64,000 nucleotides of DNA. Source: Narcine bancroftii. Lineage: Eukaryota. Of the stretch, positions 49,921 to 62,850 are shown piece by piece. A program made the translations under genes and the position numbers. The notes beneath the pieces are model-generated. The model saw only the letters and a list, made by a program, of their open reading frames with translations, had not been told where the DNA came from and made no database searches. The stretch lies in NCBI RefSeq assembly GCF_036971445.1, contig NC_091477.1, positions 11,160,001 to 11,224,000 on the forward strand, given 5' to 3'. The first letter of the stretch is position 1; every line of letters starts with the position of its first letter.

Positions 49921-50810
49921 ATATACCAACAACAACAGTTCAAATTAAATTAGCACAATGTGCCATCAGACAGAAAAAGAGATGATCAATATAAAATAGA
50001 TAAACCAATATTCACAGTTACAGTTAGTGCAAAAAGGTGATATTTCAATAACCGATTATTAGGGGTGGGAAATGAATGCCATTGAAGGCCAAGATCACAT
50101 GAAGGAATAAAAAAATGAAAAGAAATTGCTTCAGTTCAGGATTTCGGAGTGTATGGGACTGCAATGCTTCACCATTTGGTATACTTGCCCAATGAGCCAT
50201 AAGGAGAGCCCCTAATGACACATTTTCGATGTTGTATTTTTATTCCCGGAAGCAGCCCAGACTCATCAAGGTCAAATTTAGAAGCCCTCAGATCATAGAT
50301 TACTATTGCATTAGGTGACATCTAAATGACAGTAGTTGAAAGAAACGGAAGGCCAGAATTTCCAAATTGTAAAGTATAGACCTTGACCAGATGTATAAAT
50401 ATATGATTGTGAATGCACAACAGCCCGCTAAAACCACAGAGGCTTCTTTGCTTCTTTGCTTTCAATGCTGACACATGCTTGCCAAATTACTTTACTGTGG
50501 TAGTGACAGGGCTCAAATTCCTGCCCTCCTTAAACAGTAATCCAGAAGGAAGTAATACCATGTCAGTTTACAGCTAATGACTCCCTTCCTGCTCTCACTG
50601 TACCCTGGGGCCAGCAGGCTTCCTGAAGCATTTCACAGCAGCTTAACCCTTTCATTAACCTGAAGGAGCTTTTGAACAAAAGAGCCTCCAGAATAACGTG
50701 AACATTTTGTTGGTATTTAGACAAATGGGATGAAAAGTAACAAGTGCTCCATTTTATTGAGACTGGCAGGGTTTATCTTAAAGTTAGATATTTTTTTTAG
50801 GATTACTATA

Positions 50811-51386
50811 CACCGAACAATTTTTTTCAAAAGGTTTGCCTCCTGAAAAATAATTGGGGATTACGACGGACAACTTCAAGCTGAACACAAAGATTATTTC
50901 GTGTAGGAATTGGAGAAACATTAAATTAACTTTTTTTAAAAATTTAGCACGTTTAATTGCAAAATGATGCTGACACCTTGAGTTAGTTCAGGTGACCTAA
51001 AAAAGTTCTGCTGCTGATCTTCGTTTGCACTCAGCATCTGATGCCTCTCATGTCAGTGTCCAATAATAGCCGGCCAGCATTGATGGTTTCCAGTTGCCCT
51101 GATACCGCTTTTCCATGGTCACAATGTCCTGATGAAACCTTCCACCATGTTTGTCACAGACTGCAGCAAGATCAGTGGGGAAGACGTCCATGTGCGACAC
51201 AGAAAAATGAATTTTCAGTGACACGTTGCATTTCATGGTTTTGTCGACTTAAAATATGACAGGTGATCACAAAAAAAAAGGTTATATCTAAAAAACAGTA
51301 TGTGATAGGAAAATGTTAAGGTGATTTTCACAATCCATAAAATGTACTCAAAAGTGTTCAGGAAGCAAAATCTTCATTGTCCAGTC
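50811..51386 (-). mobile_element. Chapaev3-like (CMC) DNA transposon deletion derivative
   Basis: The transposase C-terminal relic CNVSLKIHF..SHMDVFP.DL.AV.DKHG.RFHQDI.TMEKRYQG.W.PSMLA.Y.WTL (51048-51236) resembles the SDEHGERFHQDI block I recall from Chapaev3. Degenerate termini caccgaacaa/ttgtccagtc; ATA on both flanks (3-bp TSD). Confidence 0.7.
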
Positions 51387-51394
51387 ATATTTGT

Positions 51395-51603
51395 ATTCTT
51401 CTTTGGCTTGGCTTCGCGGACGAAGATTTATGGAGGGGGTAAATGTCCACGTCAGCTGCAGGCTCGTTGGTGGCTGACAAGTCCGATGCGGGACAGGCAG
51501 ACACGGTTGCAGCGGTTGCAGGGGAAAATTGGTGGGTTGGGGTTGGGTGTTGGGTTTTTCCTCCTTTGCCTTTTGTCAGTGAGGTGGGCTCTGCGGTCTT
51601 CTT
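51395..51603 (-). mobile_element. RTE LINE 3' fragment
   Basis: Reverse complement of the RTE 3' end. Confidence 0.92.
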
Positions 51604-51732
51604 ATTACTGACTTAAAATAAAAAAAGAAAGGTTTTATTGCCTTTGATTTTATTTCAATATTTTATGATCTTATTGGCACATGATGGGCATAACTGCCAG
51701 GGCATCGGAGTACCAACTAACTGTACCTAAAC

Positions 51733-51957
51733 CAGATGTTCTCAACTTTTTTTTGTGGCTATGGCCTTAGGAATCTGCTCAAAGCTTATGGGCTCCATTT
51801 CCCTGTGAAGCAGTCAAGTTTAGTTGGTTTCTTCTGTACTTCTCTCCTGTCGACTACACTAAAACATAAAAAAAATATTTTATGATTTTAGTCTGTGCAC
51901 CTCTCCCTCCACCTTAAATGTGCTGTGACCCCGCATGGCCCCCATTCAGAATGGCTG
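51733..51957. mobile_element. hAT-like MITE family 2, copy 2
   Basis: TSD acctaaac/acctagac (7/8); homologous to 7997-8229. Confidence 0.78.
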
Positions 51958-52569
51958 ACCTAGACTATGGCTTGTCTGGCTAGTTGGTGCTTAGGAGAAG
52001 ATGGTACAGCCGCTGTTAAATGCTCAGCCCTGGCCACCAACAAGAGCAGATGTAAGTGAGTAGAAATCAAAAGCCATTGTTATTTAATTTCTAGTTTGGA
52101 AGAAGCTGAGAACATGGAGGTTTACCCCATCTCCCTAGCCTGTTGCTGCAAACATTTGCTTATACCTTGAAGAAGGCCTGAAGTCCAAAATGTTGGCAAT
52201 ATATCTTTATCTTCTGTGGACGCTGCAAGACTGGCTGAGATCCTCCAGCAATTGGGTGTGTTTTTACTACAATCACAGAGTCTGCAGAATTTTGTGTTTC
52301 ATGTTGTTGCTACAAACAAAATAAGTTGTAACAGTATTGTGATGGAATTTATCTCCCAAAAACATTCCCAAATATTCCATCACAGTATGAACTGAGGCTC
52401 AGCTAGTTTTATTTGCACCCTATGAGTTAGAAGGTTAAAGATGAAGGCAAGCTCCAGATAGGAGCATAAAGGCCAGGTTGACATTCCCAGTGGAGCATGG
52501 CAGGAGAACAGGATGGGTGCAAGTTCTGTTTTGCTGAAGAGATGTCTCTTTCTCTCCTTCTGTGGCATT

Positions 52570-54102
52570 ATTTTCTAGACCAGGCCTATGTGCTGGACAA
52601 TGTGGAGATTAAGGAAGTGGAAGTGTTGGATGTTCTTAAAAACATCAACATTGATAAGACCATGCGGCTAAATGTAATGTACCCCAGGCTGCCGTGGGAG
52701 ATGAGAGAAGAGATAGCTGGGGCAGTAGCTATGATCTTTGAATCCTCTTTGGCCACAGAGGTGCCATAGGATTGGAGAATGGCAAATGTTGCCTTGTTTA
52801 AAAAGAGGTAATAGGGAGAATTCTGGGAATTATAGACCAGTGAGTCTTACAAACTATTGGAGAGGATTCTTAAGGATAGGATCTATGAGCATTCGGAGAA
52901 GTGCGGCCTACTCAAGGACAGTCTGTCTGCATGGGTTTGTGAAGGGAAGATCATACCTCATGGGTCTAATTGAGTTTTTGGAGGAGGTAACAAAAGGAAA
53001 TGATGAGGGTAGGATGATAGATGTGGTCTACATGAATTTTACAAGGCATTTGATAAGTCCCCTGTGAGAGACTCATCCAGAAAGTCATGAGGCAAGGGAT
53101 CAGTAGAACCTTGACTGTGTGGATAAAAAAAGAGAGTAATAGTGGAAGGAAAGTATTCTGCCTGGAGGTGGGTGACTCGTGGAATGCCACAGGGATTTGT
53201 TCTGGGACCCCTGTTCTTTGTGATTTTTATAAATGACCTGGATAAAGAGGCGGAAGGATGGGTCAGTAAGTTTGCAAATGACACGAAGGTTGAAGGAATT
53301 GTGGATGGAGCTGGAGTTTGTCGAAGATTACAAGAGAATAGAGACAGGATGCAGAGTTGGGCAGAAAAATGGCAGATGGACTTCAATCTGGATAAGTGTG
53401 ATGTCATGTATTATGGAAGGACAAACAAGAAGGCTGAGCACAGAGTTAATAGTTGGTTATTTAGGAGTGTGGATGAACAGAGGGTCCGTGGGGTTCAAAT
53501 CCATGCATCCCTCAAGGTCTAAGATAATTAAGAAGGCCTATGGCATGCTGGGATTCATTAATAGGAGGATTGAATTCAAGAGAAGAGAGGTCATGTTGCA
53601 ACTCTACAAATCTTTCAGAAGGATGTGGAAGCTCTGGAGAGGGTGCAGAGGAGATTTACCAGGATGCTGCCTGGATTGGGAAACAAGTCATTAGGCAAGG
53701 TTAGCAGAGCTGGGGCTTTTTGCTTTTGAGTGTAGAAGGATGAGAGGAGATTTAATAGAGGTCTACAAGATTATGAAAAGCGTAGATAGGGTGAACAGCC
53801 AGCACCTGTTTCCTGGGACAGCATCAACAAACACCAGAGGATGTGTGTACAAAGTTAAGGGAGAGACATCAGGGGTAGGTTTTTTACACAGAGAGTTGTG
53901 GATGCCTGGAATGCCCTACAGGGGATGGTGGTGGAAGCTGAAACATTGGGGACATTAAAAAGACTTAAGATACTTGGATGAAAGAAAATAGAGGGTTATG
54001 GGGTAGGGGAAGTTTAGTACGTTTTTTTTGGAAGGAATATATGGGTTAGCACAAGGTCAAGGGCCCAAGGGCCTGTACTGTGCTGCACTGTTCTATGTTC
54101 TG
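52570..54102 (+). mobile_element. CR1 LINE ORF2 3' half, degraded
   Basis: GNYRPVSLT, HGFVKGRS, GMPQG.VLGPLFF.IFINDLD, SKFA.DTK, WAEKWQM.FN. Confidence 0.93.
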
Positions 54103-55342
54103 CTGGATATCTGTCCCTCAAACATTCTTAATTTAGAAAATCTGTTCATTATCACTGCTGCTTGTGGGTGCAAATTGGCTGCGTTGTTGCCTAATGTTAC
54201 AGAAGTGACCACACTTCATATGTATTCAATTGGCAGGAAAGTATTTTGAGAGTTCCTGAGGTTTTTAAAGATCTTTTGTGAATGCAAATTATTTCTTTTC
54301 CACTGAGGTAGTTCCCTGGAGTTCACCAATGAGTGGAAACATCTCTTGACCAACCACATATTATTGCTCTTCCCTTCCCTTTCCTTAATCAGCAATCTGT
54401 TAATCAGGGGTATTACCGAATACTCTCCACTTGCCTGAATGAGTGCTACAACGATGTTCAGGGAGGCTGAAGAGTATCCATGACAAATCAACGCACATGA
54501 TTAAAACTCTATCTGTGATCCTAAGCAATTTTTTTCCTGTGCCATCTATATTGTATGGCTACATGCCTTCATAGAACCATAGAACATTACAGCACAGAAG
54601 CAGGCCCTTCAGCCCTTCTTAACTGAGCTATTTTTCTGCCTCGTCCCACTGACCTGCACCCAATCCATGGACTTCCTATCTCCCCATCCATGTAACTATC
54701 CAATTTAAAAAAAAATATTAAAATTGAGCCCACGTTCACCTCTTCAATCTACAATTTTCAAATTGCAATCTCCAAACAAGTACTCCTCTAGACTACAGCA
54801 GCAGTATCTCTCCAACATGAAAACTCTCTCATCAAGATGAACAAAGGTGGCACTAGAACACCCCTAAAAGCCACATACTGTAATGACTTGGTAATGTAGT
54901 GCCGATCATTTATTGCTGTTAGGTCAAAAATTCTGGAGCTCCCTTCTAACAGTTTTGTGTCTCTTTTCCAACAGTATCTTCTCAGGAGGTTCTGCAGTGA
55001 TTTAAGAAGATGGTTCATCCCTGCATTCTTAAGGGCCATTGGGGATGTATAATAAATGTTATACAGAAAAATGAATGTACAAAGCAATGAACTCTGTGAG
55101 ATGTAAGCTTCCATGGAGATAGAAATCCAGACAGTATTACACAGTTCAGATAGCTTGAAATTGAAAGCTAAATCTGGTGTATGTTATGAATGCAGTGGAA
55201 TAAATAGGGAGAGACCAATGCTATCATTCAAATTGTGATGCATGGTTAACTGCCATCTTGGGATGTAACCAATTCTGATATTGATCAGAGCAGACATGAG
55301 TTTCTCGATGTAGTACGATGGCAGAACCTATGATACATGGGG

Positions 55343-55555
55343 TGAAACACGAAAGTCTGCAGACACTGTGATTGTAATCAAAACGCAAAATTGCAGAGGA
55401 ACTCAGCTGGCTCTGCAGTGTCCATAGGACGTCAAGATATTTTTACAGTGTTTGGGGTCTGAGACAATCCTTGGGTCTTTAAGGAAAAGCTCAGGGCTGA
55501 AACATTGGTAATATATTTTTATCTCCTATGGAATTTCTCCAGCATTTTTGTGCTT
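55343..55555. mobile_element. Inverted pair of Penelope-like tails
   Basis: gtgaaacacgaaagtctgcagac..gaggaactcag followed by the opposite-orientation ctgaaacattgg..ctccagcattttt. Confidence 0.65.
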
Positions 55556-57124
55556 TGAAATGATTCAAGGACCCAGACATGGAATCAAAAAAGGGTAATG
55601 GGTCAAAGGTCTGGAGGGGAGTGACATGAAGGGGAAGGAGGAGAGAGAAGAGTTGAGGGTGGTGTTTGAATTGAGAGTAGAACTCATCGGACTTTTTTAT
55701 TTAACTTGGAATCTTGGATCTTGTCAACAAGTTACCATAGTTAAGCCATTAATCATGGAATCGTGGCAGTGCAGAATAAGGCAATTTACCTCATCGAGTC
55801 TCTGTTAGCTCACCATTCCACTGTAGGACTTTTTGGCTGGAATGCAGCTTGATTTTAGACCATGATGAAAGAAATGCAGAACCCACTGAAAATAATCATC
55901 AGGTCAATCTTCAGCAAAGAGGAGAACTGATGAATTGCAGCACATCCTTATATCTTCATTGCGAAGGTGGTAGACATAATGAGGTCGGAATGATCCGCCA
56001 ACTGATCGAGGGTGGACATTCAAAAGACACTCACCAAATTTTCTTGAACATGACAAGGTAAACATTGAAGGAACCTCTGTTCCCAAAAATCACCTTCGAC
56101 AGGGTGAGTACACGACCACGACCACAGGAAATACTCGGGGGCTTGTGTCTGAGTTAAAATTGCACACTTGACCCAATGAGTCTGCCAAGCAGGATTTAGT
56201 GGAAATATTGCAGAGCTGATTTGAATGTTACTATAAGGTTATAAAGCCTCATGGAAGATTCTTCCATTGACTTCATAGTCATTGATATATTCATAACAGA
56301 ATTTAAAACTTATTAAATTTTAAGAAAGTCAAGTGATTGTGGAACTCATAGTTTGGATGCCAGAGAGAGAAGATTTCAAATATTCTTTGGAAAACCTTGC
56401 TCACTGGATGCGATGATGTAGCCTGTTCCGAAATGCGCCATGGTGTCATGAAGCCATGACAAGGCAGTGTGCGTCAAAGGCTGATTGTTTTGACATAAAT
56501 GGATGATGTCTTTTCTCCATAACCTCTTGCATAGAGATGGCATCTCCTACAGAAAAAAAACTGACTGTTCCCAAGAGAAGGAGGTCAGGGTGCTTGGAGT
56601 TCCTTCCACACAACTATTTCCAAAAAGCATTGCACACTTCAAGCTGTTATTGTTAGGTCAAACATATAGGACCTCCCATCCTCTGTGGAGCATATTTGAC
56701 CATTTGTTTGCCTAACCACAGCTTAGAGCTTAGAACCCAGTCAGAGTCAAGGGAAACAATGAAAAGATGCCATTGTGTTCTCCACCACCACTGATGTGAG
56801 TGCTTTGGTGGGCCTTATTTTTTGCTGATTTACTTTAACGATGCTTTCCAGTCTTGGTTATTCAACTCTTCTGACAATGTTTGGACCTGACCTTCTGCAC
56901 AATCAAGTATTTGCCATTCCTGTCCTGGGAAAAAGTTGGTGGCTGTCCACCCTTTTGTGCCTCTCATAATCTCTATGAAGTTTCCTCTCATTCTCCATTG
57001 CTCCAGTTGATGTTAGCTCCCCTTAACTGCAGTTCACTGGATTTCATTTTCCAGGGATACTGAACACCAGTAGAGTCTGCACTACTGTATTGGTGTTTTG
57101 CATAGCCTTACCAGGTAAATTTTT

Positions 57125-57595
57125 TGTCAGATTATATACATGACATCACACACCACCCTGAAATTCTTTTTCCTGTGGGCCAGGAATATTTCAAGTTTTC
57201 GGTGACTGTACTCAAGAAGGAAGATATGCACCGTATACAAAATTAAAAAATGTAAACAAGGAAAGAAATGTAAACAAACTGACTGTGCAATACAGAAAAA
57301 AGAAATATTCAGTAATAAGTTAATAAATAATATGCAAAGTAAATTAGTCTCTGATTGAGTCTTTTGTTTAGAAGTCTGATGGCGGAGGGTAGCAACTCTT
57401 CCTGAACCCAGTGGTTTGAGTCTTGTGGCACCTCTACCTCTTTCCTGTTGGCAGCAGCGAGAACAGAGCATGTCCTGGATGATGTGGATCCTTGATGATT
57501 ACTGTTGCTCCCTGATGGCAACGTTCTCAATAGTGGGGAGAGTTTCTCAATAGTGGGGAGAGTTTTACCTGTGATGTACTGGGCTGTATCTATTA
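57125..57595 (-). mobile_element. Rex1/Babar-like LINE 3' fragment
   Basis: IDTAQYITGKTLPTIE ... PSAIRLLN on the minus strand. Confidence 0.8.
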
Positions 57596-58257
57596 TCATG
57601 GCTCCTGATCAATGGTCCATACTTATAAGTGCTCCTCCAGTATCAGACATGTCCTGGGTGGCATGGATCCTTCTCCGATACTCTACTGGTGTTCAGTACA
57701 GACTTAGGCAACAAAGACCATCTGGTAAGGCACAAAAGGTGGCCAAGTGCTCATGACCTGAACATCAGTGACATCAGGACAAGATTGGTTTCATGTTCTT
57801 TCAGATTATCATTTTTTTAACTAAATTGTCAGAGTCTGGAATGTACTGCCAGGTGTGGGAGGAAAGACAGATTTAGTTGTAGCTTTCAAAGACGAGCTGG
57901 ATTGGTATCCGAGAGGAAAGAATTTGCAGGGTTGTAGGAGAAGAATGGTGGGGGGGAGAAGGGGGGGGCACGGTGTGGAAGCAGGCAGACTGCTTGCATC
58001 GAATGTCAGTACCGACTGGGCAGAGGAAATGATCTACATCTGTGATCGTGCTGAGTCTGATCCCAACAATTTACGTTAAAAAAATGAAAGCAGACAATGT
58101 CGGATGCATAAAATGAGTCAAGCAGTACGAGTAGAGGTGGTAACAGTGGTTACTGGTCAATGACCTTTCAACCATCTTACTTTGCATAATTTGGGATTTA
58201 TGGTTCCTTTCTTTGCTCGATTATCCTAAATGACAATCCCTCACATCCGTCACAAAT

Positions 58258-58477
58258 GCAGCACAGTTGGAACAACACTATTACAGCACCAACGGTTCGG
58301 GTTGGACTCCAGTGCTGTCTGTAAGAACTTTGTACGTTCTCCCTGTGTCTGCATGGGTATCCTCCAGGTGCTCCAGTTTCCTCCTGCCCTTGCAGGTTAA
58401 TTGTGTGTATTTGGACTGCACAAGCTTATGGGCTGGAAGGGCCTATTACTGTACAGAATGTAAGTCAAATTTTTAAA
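58258..58477 (+). mobile_element. V-SINE
   Basis: ctgtctgtaagaactttgtacgttctccctgtgtctgcatgggtatcctccaggtgctccagtttcctcc. Confidence 0.78.
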
Positions 58478-58673
58478 AAGTCATTTTCTGATGACCCATT
58501 ATCAAATAAATGGTCTGTCCCTGAGCAACAATAGCAATATTTATAGATTGATACTTGGATAGAAAATGTCCAGAGGGATATGACTGAAACATGGGCAAAT
58601 GGGTGTAGCCAAAGGCAGCATGGACAATTTGGGCTGAAGGGTTTGTTTCTGTGCTGTGAAATGCTGTGACACT

Positions 58674-59108
58674 CTTCTTCTTTGGCTTGGCTTTGCGGAC
58701 GAAGATTTATGGAGGGCTAATGTCCATGTCAGCTGCAGGTTTGTTTGTGGCTGACAAGTCCGATGTGTGACAGGCAGACACGGTTGCAGCGGTTGCAGGG
58801 GAAAATTGGTTGGTTGGGGTTGGGTGTTGGATTTTTCCTCCTTTGTCTTTTGTCAGTGAGGTGGGCTCTGTGGTCTTCTTCAAAGGAGGTTGCTGCCCGC
58901 CGAACTGTGAGGCGCCAAGATGCACGGTTTGAGGCGATATCAGCCCACTGGCAGTGGTCAATGTGGCAGACACCAAGAGATTTCTTTAGGCAGTCCTTGT
59001 ACCTCTTCTTTGGTGCACCTCTGTCACGGTGGCCAGTGGAGAGCTCGCCATATAACACGATCTTGGGAAGGCGATGGTCCTCCATTCTGGAGACGTGACC
59101 TACCCAGT
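58674..59108 (-). mobile_element. RTE LINE 3' fragment
   Basis: ORF 58729-59085 MEDHRLPKIVLYGEL...HKQTCS. Confidence 0.93.
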
Positions 59109-62100
59109 GCAGAGCATTTCATTGTCAAGCAATCCCTTTTCACTTATTCCTTTCTACGTGCCATTGGAGATAGCAGCCTCCGAGAAACTGTGACTTTGGT
59201 GTGAAGACGTGTAATGTGGGAGTATTATCTTGACCTGTTTGAAACTGGGAGCTAAGAAATGTAGGATAGCTCCAGCTACAATGATCACCATGTAAGTGCC
59301 AAACATGAACGATGAGGAAGAGGGGACAATTTCCTGTGATCAGTAATTACACTCCAGTTTTGAAGAGAGATAAATTACTATTCAAAGTTAACATTGCACA
59401 ATTAGCAGATAACTCCCCACATATGAGGTGGATCTTTCATGCATTAATAAGTCATTGGAAAATAATGACTCTGTGACTGATTTTGATGGCGTAACAATTT
59501 GAGTGAGGATAAAGGAGATGCACGGAGGCGGACAGCTTATAAAAATAAACCATCAAGCGTCATGGGATGCGTTGGTTATGAGAACTTGATTTTCCATCAG
59601 TCACTGGGTCCCAGTGTAACTTCTGATAATAACAACAAAATTTTATTAATGTAGATTTTCAAGACATTTTCTTTACTTGATTTCAATGTAAAATCACCTG
59701 ATCGCTTTTACTTCTGCAGCGATGGAAGGGTGTTAGATTAACGCATTGTGCAAATGGGCCCAGAAACATGCCAGTATTAATCTGGCTGAGTTGGCTGATT
59801 TCAGCCAGTGTGATATTTGAGGCTGTCTGATTGACTTTAGGCTAGGGAGGGGGATAATCAGCAAGCTCACTGCTCACATTTCCTATTCAGCACATATACA
59901 ATAATGCAATCCACGTATAGCACTTATAACTGAGAATAGGTTTAATCTGTTTTAGTGATGTTGGACTGTCAGTCTTGGCCTGTGCATTGAAGAAAACATT
60001 ACAGTCTCTGGCTAAATTGCCCCATTGAAATTTAACTCAACATCCTGAAAGTCAACAATTCAAATGGTCCCTTCATACTGCACTGAAAGTGCCAGCCTGG
60101 AATTTTGAATTCCAGTCCCAACAGTTGGCCATCGCACAACCCATTTTTTTTATCTCTGATGAAGGGAGAAAAATCTCAATAAAATGAGACTGGAAAGAGA
60201 GAGTAACAGAAAATGTGGGAAATAAATGAGAGGTTGATAAAAATTAATTGAATGTGTTAAAAGGAGATGGATTGCATCTTAAACAAGAGAGAAGGTAAAT
60301 TAAGGAGAGAAGGTAGGGAAATTAAAAGTTCATTGAATATCAGCAATGTTAGAAAAATGTTGTCAAAACGCAGAGATGCTGGAGGAACTCAGCCGGTTTC
60401 TCAGCGTCCATAGGAGAGAAAGATCTATTACTGACGTTTCTGGCCTGAGGCCTTCTTTATGAGTGAAAAAAGACAGGTGTCTGAATTAAATGCCAGGGAA
60501 AGAAAGGGGCAAGAATTATACTCAGGTTCATTCTCTGAATCAACTTTTTGACACTGTGGCTGAAGTAACCATCAGTGCACCAAACTGCAGAGCCTAATGT
60601 ACAGAGCACATTGATTATATGTCAAATATAAACAAATAATTGTCAGCAGATCAGTCAACATCAGTTACCATTTCATCAAAATAGGAACAATGGTTTTCAG
60701 ATTTGAGATGGGACTATTAACCCGTAGCGCAATCAACAACCACAAAGCAAGTGATTAAAGGTTCTAATATCCTGAATCATCCAGCACTCAACTACATGCT
60801 TCTGGCTTGGATTCAAGGCTAGGACTGAGGGAGGAGATGAGGCCTATCAGCCTTTATTGGGAAACTATGGGGAGGAGTTACCAAGGTTGGAGGTGGGCCA
60901 GCCTGACCAGTCCAGTGAGGTCCCTGCCTGCATTACTGTGCTCCACCACATAACCTAAAATGTTAAATGCTTCTATCTCTGCAGATGCTGCCTGACCTGT
61001 TGAGTATTGCCTGCCTTTTACAGATTTTATGCAATTTCATTACCTTTTTGGCTTTTCAGCTACTTAAAAGAATATGAGGACGTCTTTAAGTACTTTAATC
61101 AATTGATTTGCATTAAAAATGCACCTCTATTATATACTCACAATGGTGACATTGTTATTATTAATTTCTTTTTATAACATGCTTCAGGAATACAGAAAGG
61201 AAAACACCACATATGATTTTGGCTGTTTCTTTAATAACCAAGCAATAACGAATACATTTATGCATAGGATATACAGAGAGAATTGTGAAGTGAATTTGTG
61301 GCAGTACTCTGCCACCTTTCAGGTTGGCTGCTTTAATGGAGGTGAATTTTGAAATAGATTGAGAATAGTTGATACATATTATTCAAAAGTTCAGATATGA
61401 GGATCTGTTTTTCTGAATCCTCACTTGAAGTGAAATTACACGCCTTTTACAAGTGAGGAGTTGGAAACAGTGCAATAAATATTTAAAATACAGATAATTG
61501 TGTTTATAGTCATCCTGTTTTTTTTCTCCCGATCTACAATATTCCAGGGATTATTATGGTTACCAGGAATTGCAGATTATTACTGCCAGGGATGGCAAAG
61601 CAAAGGAGAGGTCAAATAGTTCACTGCAGATGAGGACACAGATAATTTGTTATTAGATGTCAGTTATAGAATGAGCAGCCCAGCCCTTCAACATAGGTCC
61701 CTGGGAGCAACACACAACTCATTCTCACCCGGTACCTTCTTCTAGAGTTGAGAAGCTATGCACTTGATATGTTAATATACTGCACAGTTCTAGAGGTTCC
61801 TGGATCATTCACTGGTCTATCAGGCTTGGTTGGGGAGATCTATGATGTGGTAGAGAGAGTGAAAAACAGTGAGGGCTTGAGCTTCCCAGTCTCCATCGAG
61901 GTTTGGTAAAATGTCTTTGTTCACCACAGACTGGATAGGCCATGATTGGTGGGAGCCCAGAATGCTGATCACTACCAAGGCTCACAATCTGGGATGGCCA
62001 CATCGCTGGGGTATCAGAAGGTGCAGGCAGACCCTACAACCTCCATGGATTCCAGGGGCTATCATTCATGTCAAGACAGGAGGGTTAAACATGGGCGAAA

Positions 62101-62132
62101 CCAAGGGGAGAAAATATTTTGCAAGTCGCACT

Positions 62133-62138
62133 TTTATT
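62133..62138 (-). terminator. Candidate FGF1 polyadenylation signal AATAAA
   Basis: tttatt on the + strand, ~95 nt downstream of the stop codon. A second AATAAA overlaps the stop (62231-62236). Usage is unknown. Confidence 0.3.
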
Positions 62139-62231
62139 GGTAGTCGCTATCACGGTCTGTTGACCAATGATTGGTTAATCCATGCAAGGTCCTATTTCAC
62201 AAGCTCGGTGTGCTGTGTCGTGTTCATACTT

Positions 62232-62426
62232 TTATTCACTTGACACTTGCATGGGAAGAAATAGGATTGCTTTCTGTCCGGCATTGGTTTTGTGTCCAGG
62301 CTTGGCATTTCCATTCTTTCGAATGGCAACATACCAGTTCTTTTCCGCATACTCCTTGGACTTGTATGTATTATAACCGTTCTCCTCCAGGTTTTCCAGG
62401 AAGAAACATTCATCTGTTGGAGATGG
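62232..62426 (-). CDS. FGF1: Fibroblast growth factor 1 (acidic FGF), terminal coding exon
   Basis: The minus strand reads acceptor tccttctactttacacacag|CCA TCT CCA..., then 64 codons [64 protein letters not shown] and TAA. The exon is 195 nt and phase 0, the same length and phase as the last coding exon of human FGF1. By my manual alignment it is 40/64 identical to the remembered human sequence. The AEKNW insertion and VSS(D/E) end distinguish it from FGF2. Upstream exons are not seen in the window. Confidence 0.93.
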   Translation of the reverse strand, partial: PSPTDECFFLENLEENGYNTYKSKEYAEKNWYVAIRKNGNAKPGHKTNAGQKAILFLPMQVSSE

Positions 62427-62850
62427 CTGTGTGTAAAGTAGAAGGAATAAACATAAATGAAAAGGAAAGATCTCTGTCTGGTGGTTTAACAGATAAAGGC
62501 ATAAGTCAGGAAGATCCCAATTTGAACATTTGGAAAAAAGCAAACTTCTGTGCCTCCATTAGAACACAAAGCATTCACATTTAGTATGGTATTGTTCAGA
62601 ATTTCAGGGTATTTTATTCCATTTTAGAGTCAATAAAATGTTCTCCAAGTGAGTCACAATGATATAGTGAAAAAAGGTCAGCTTGTTCCATCATTACAAT
62701 TAGATCATGGCTGATTTGCATTTCAGTTTAAAATCATTTCTCTTTCAATCCTGATGAAACAAAACTCCTGCGATTTCAGTTTCAAAATTTCCATTGACCC
62801 TGGGGAGAGAGTTCTAACTCCAGTAGCCTTTGTGTGAAGAAACACTTCTG

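Noticed and set aside
55849-56086. Candidate coding exon
   Set aside because: There is no splice or codon support; it weakly resembles an ancient RTE C-terminus, as does 32700-32950.
1-62000. SPRY4 or another host gene downstream of FGF1
   Set aside because: No Cys-rich Sprouty ORF or other recognisable host exon was found; small exons or lncRNAs could have been missed.
62427-62543. N-terminal part of the 103-aa ORF 62232..62543
   Set aside because: It lies upstream of the AG acceptor, is pyrimidine-rich and has no FGF similarity; it is intron read-through.
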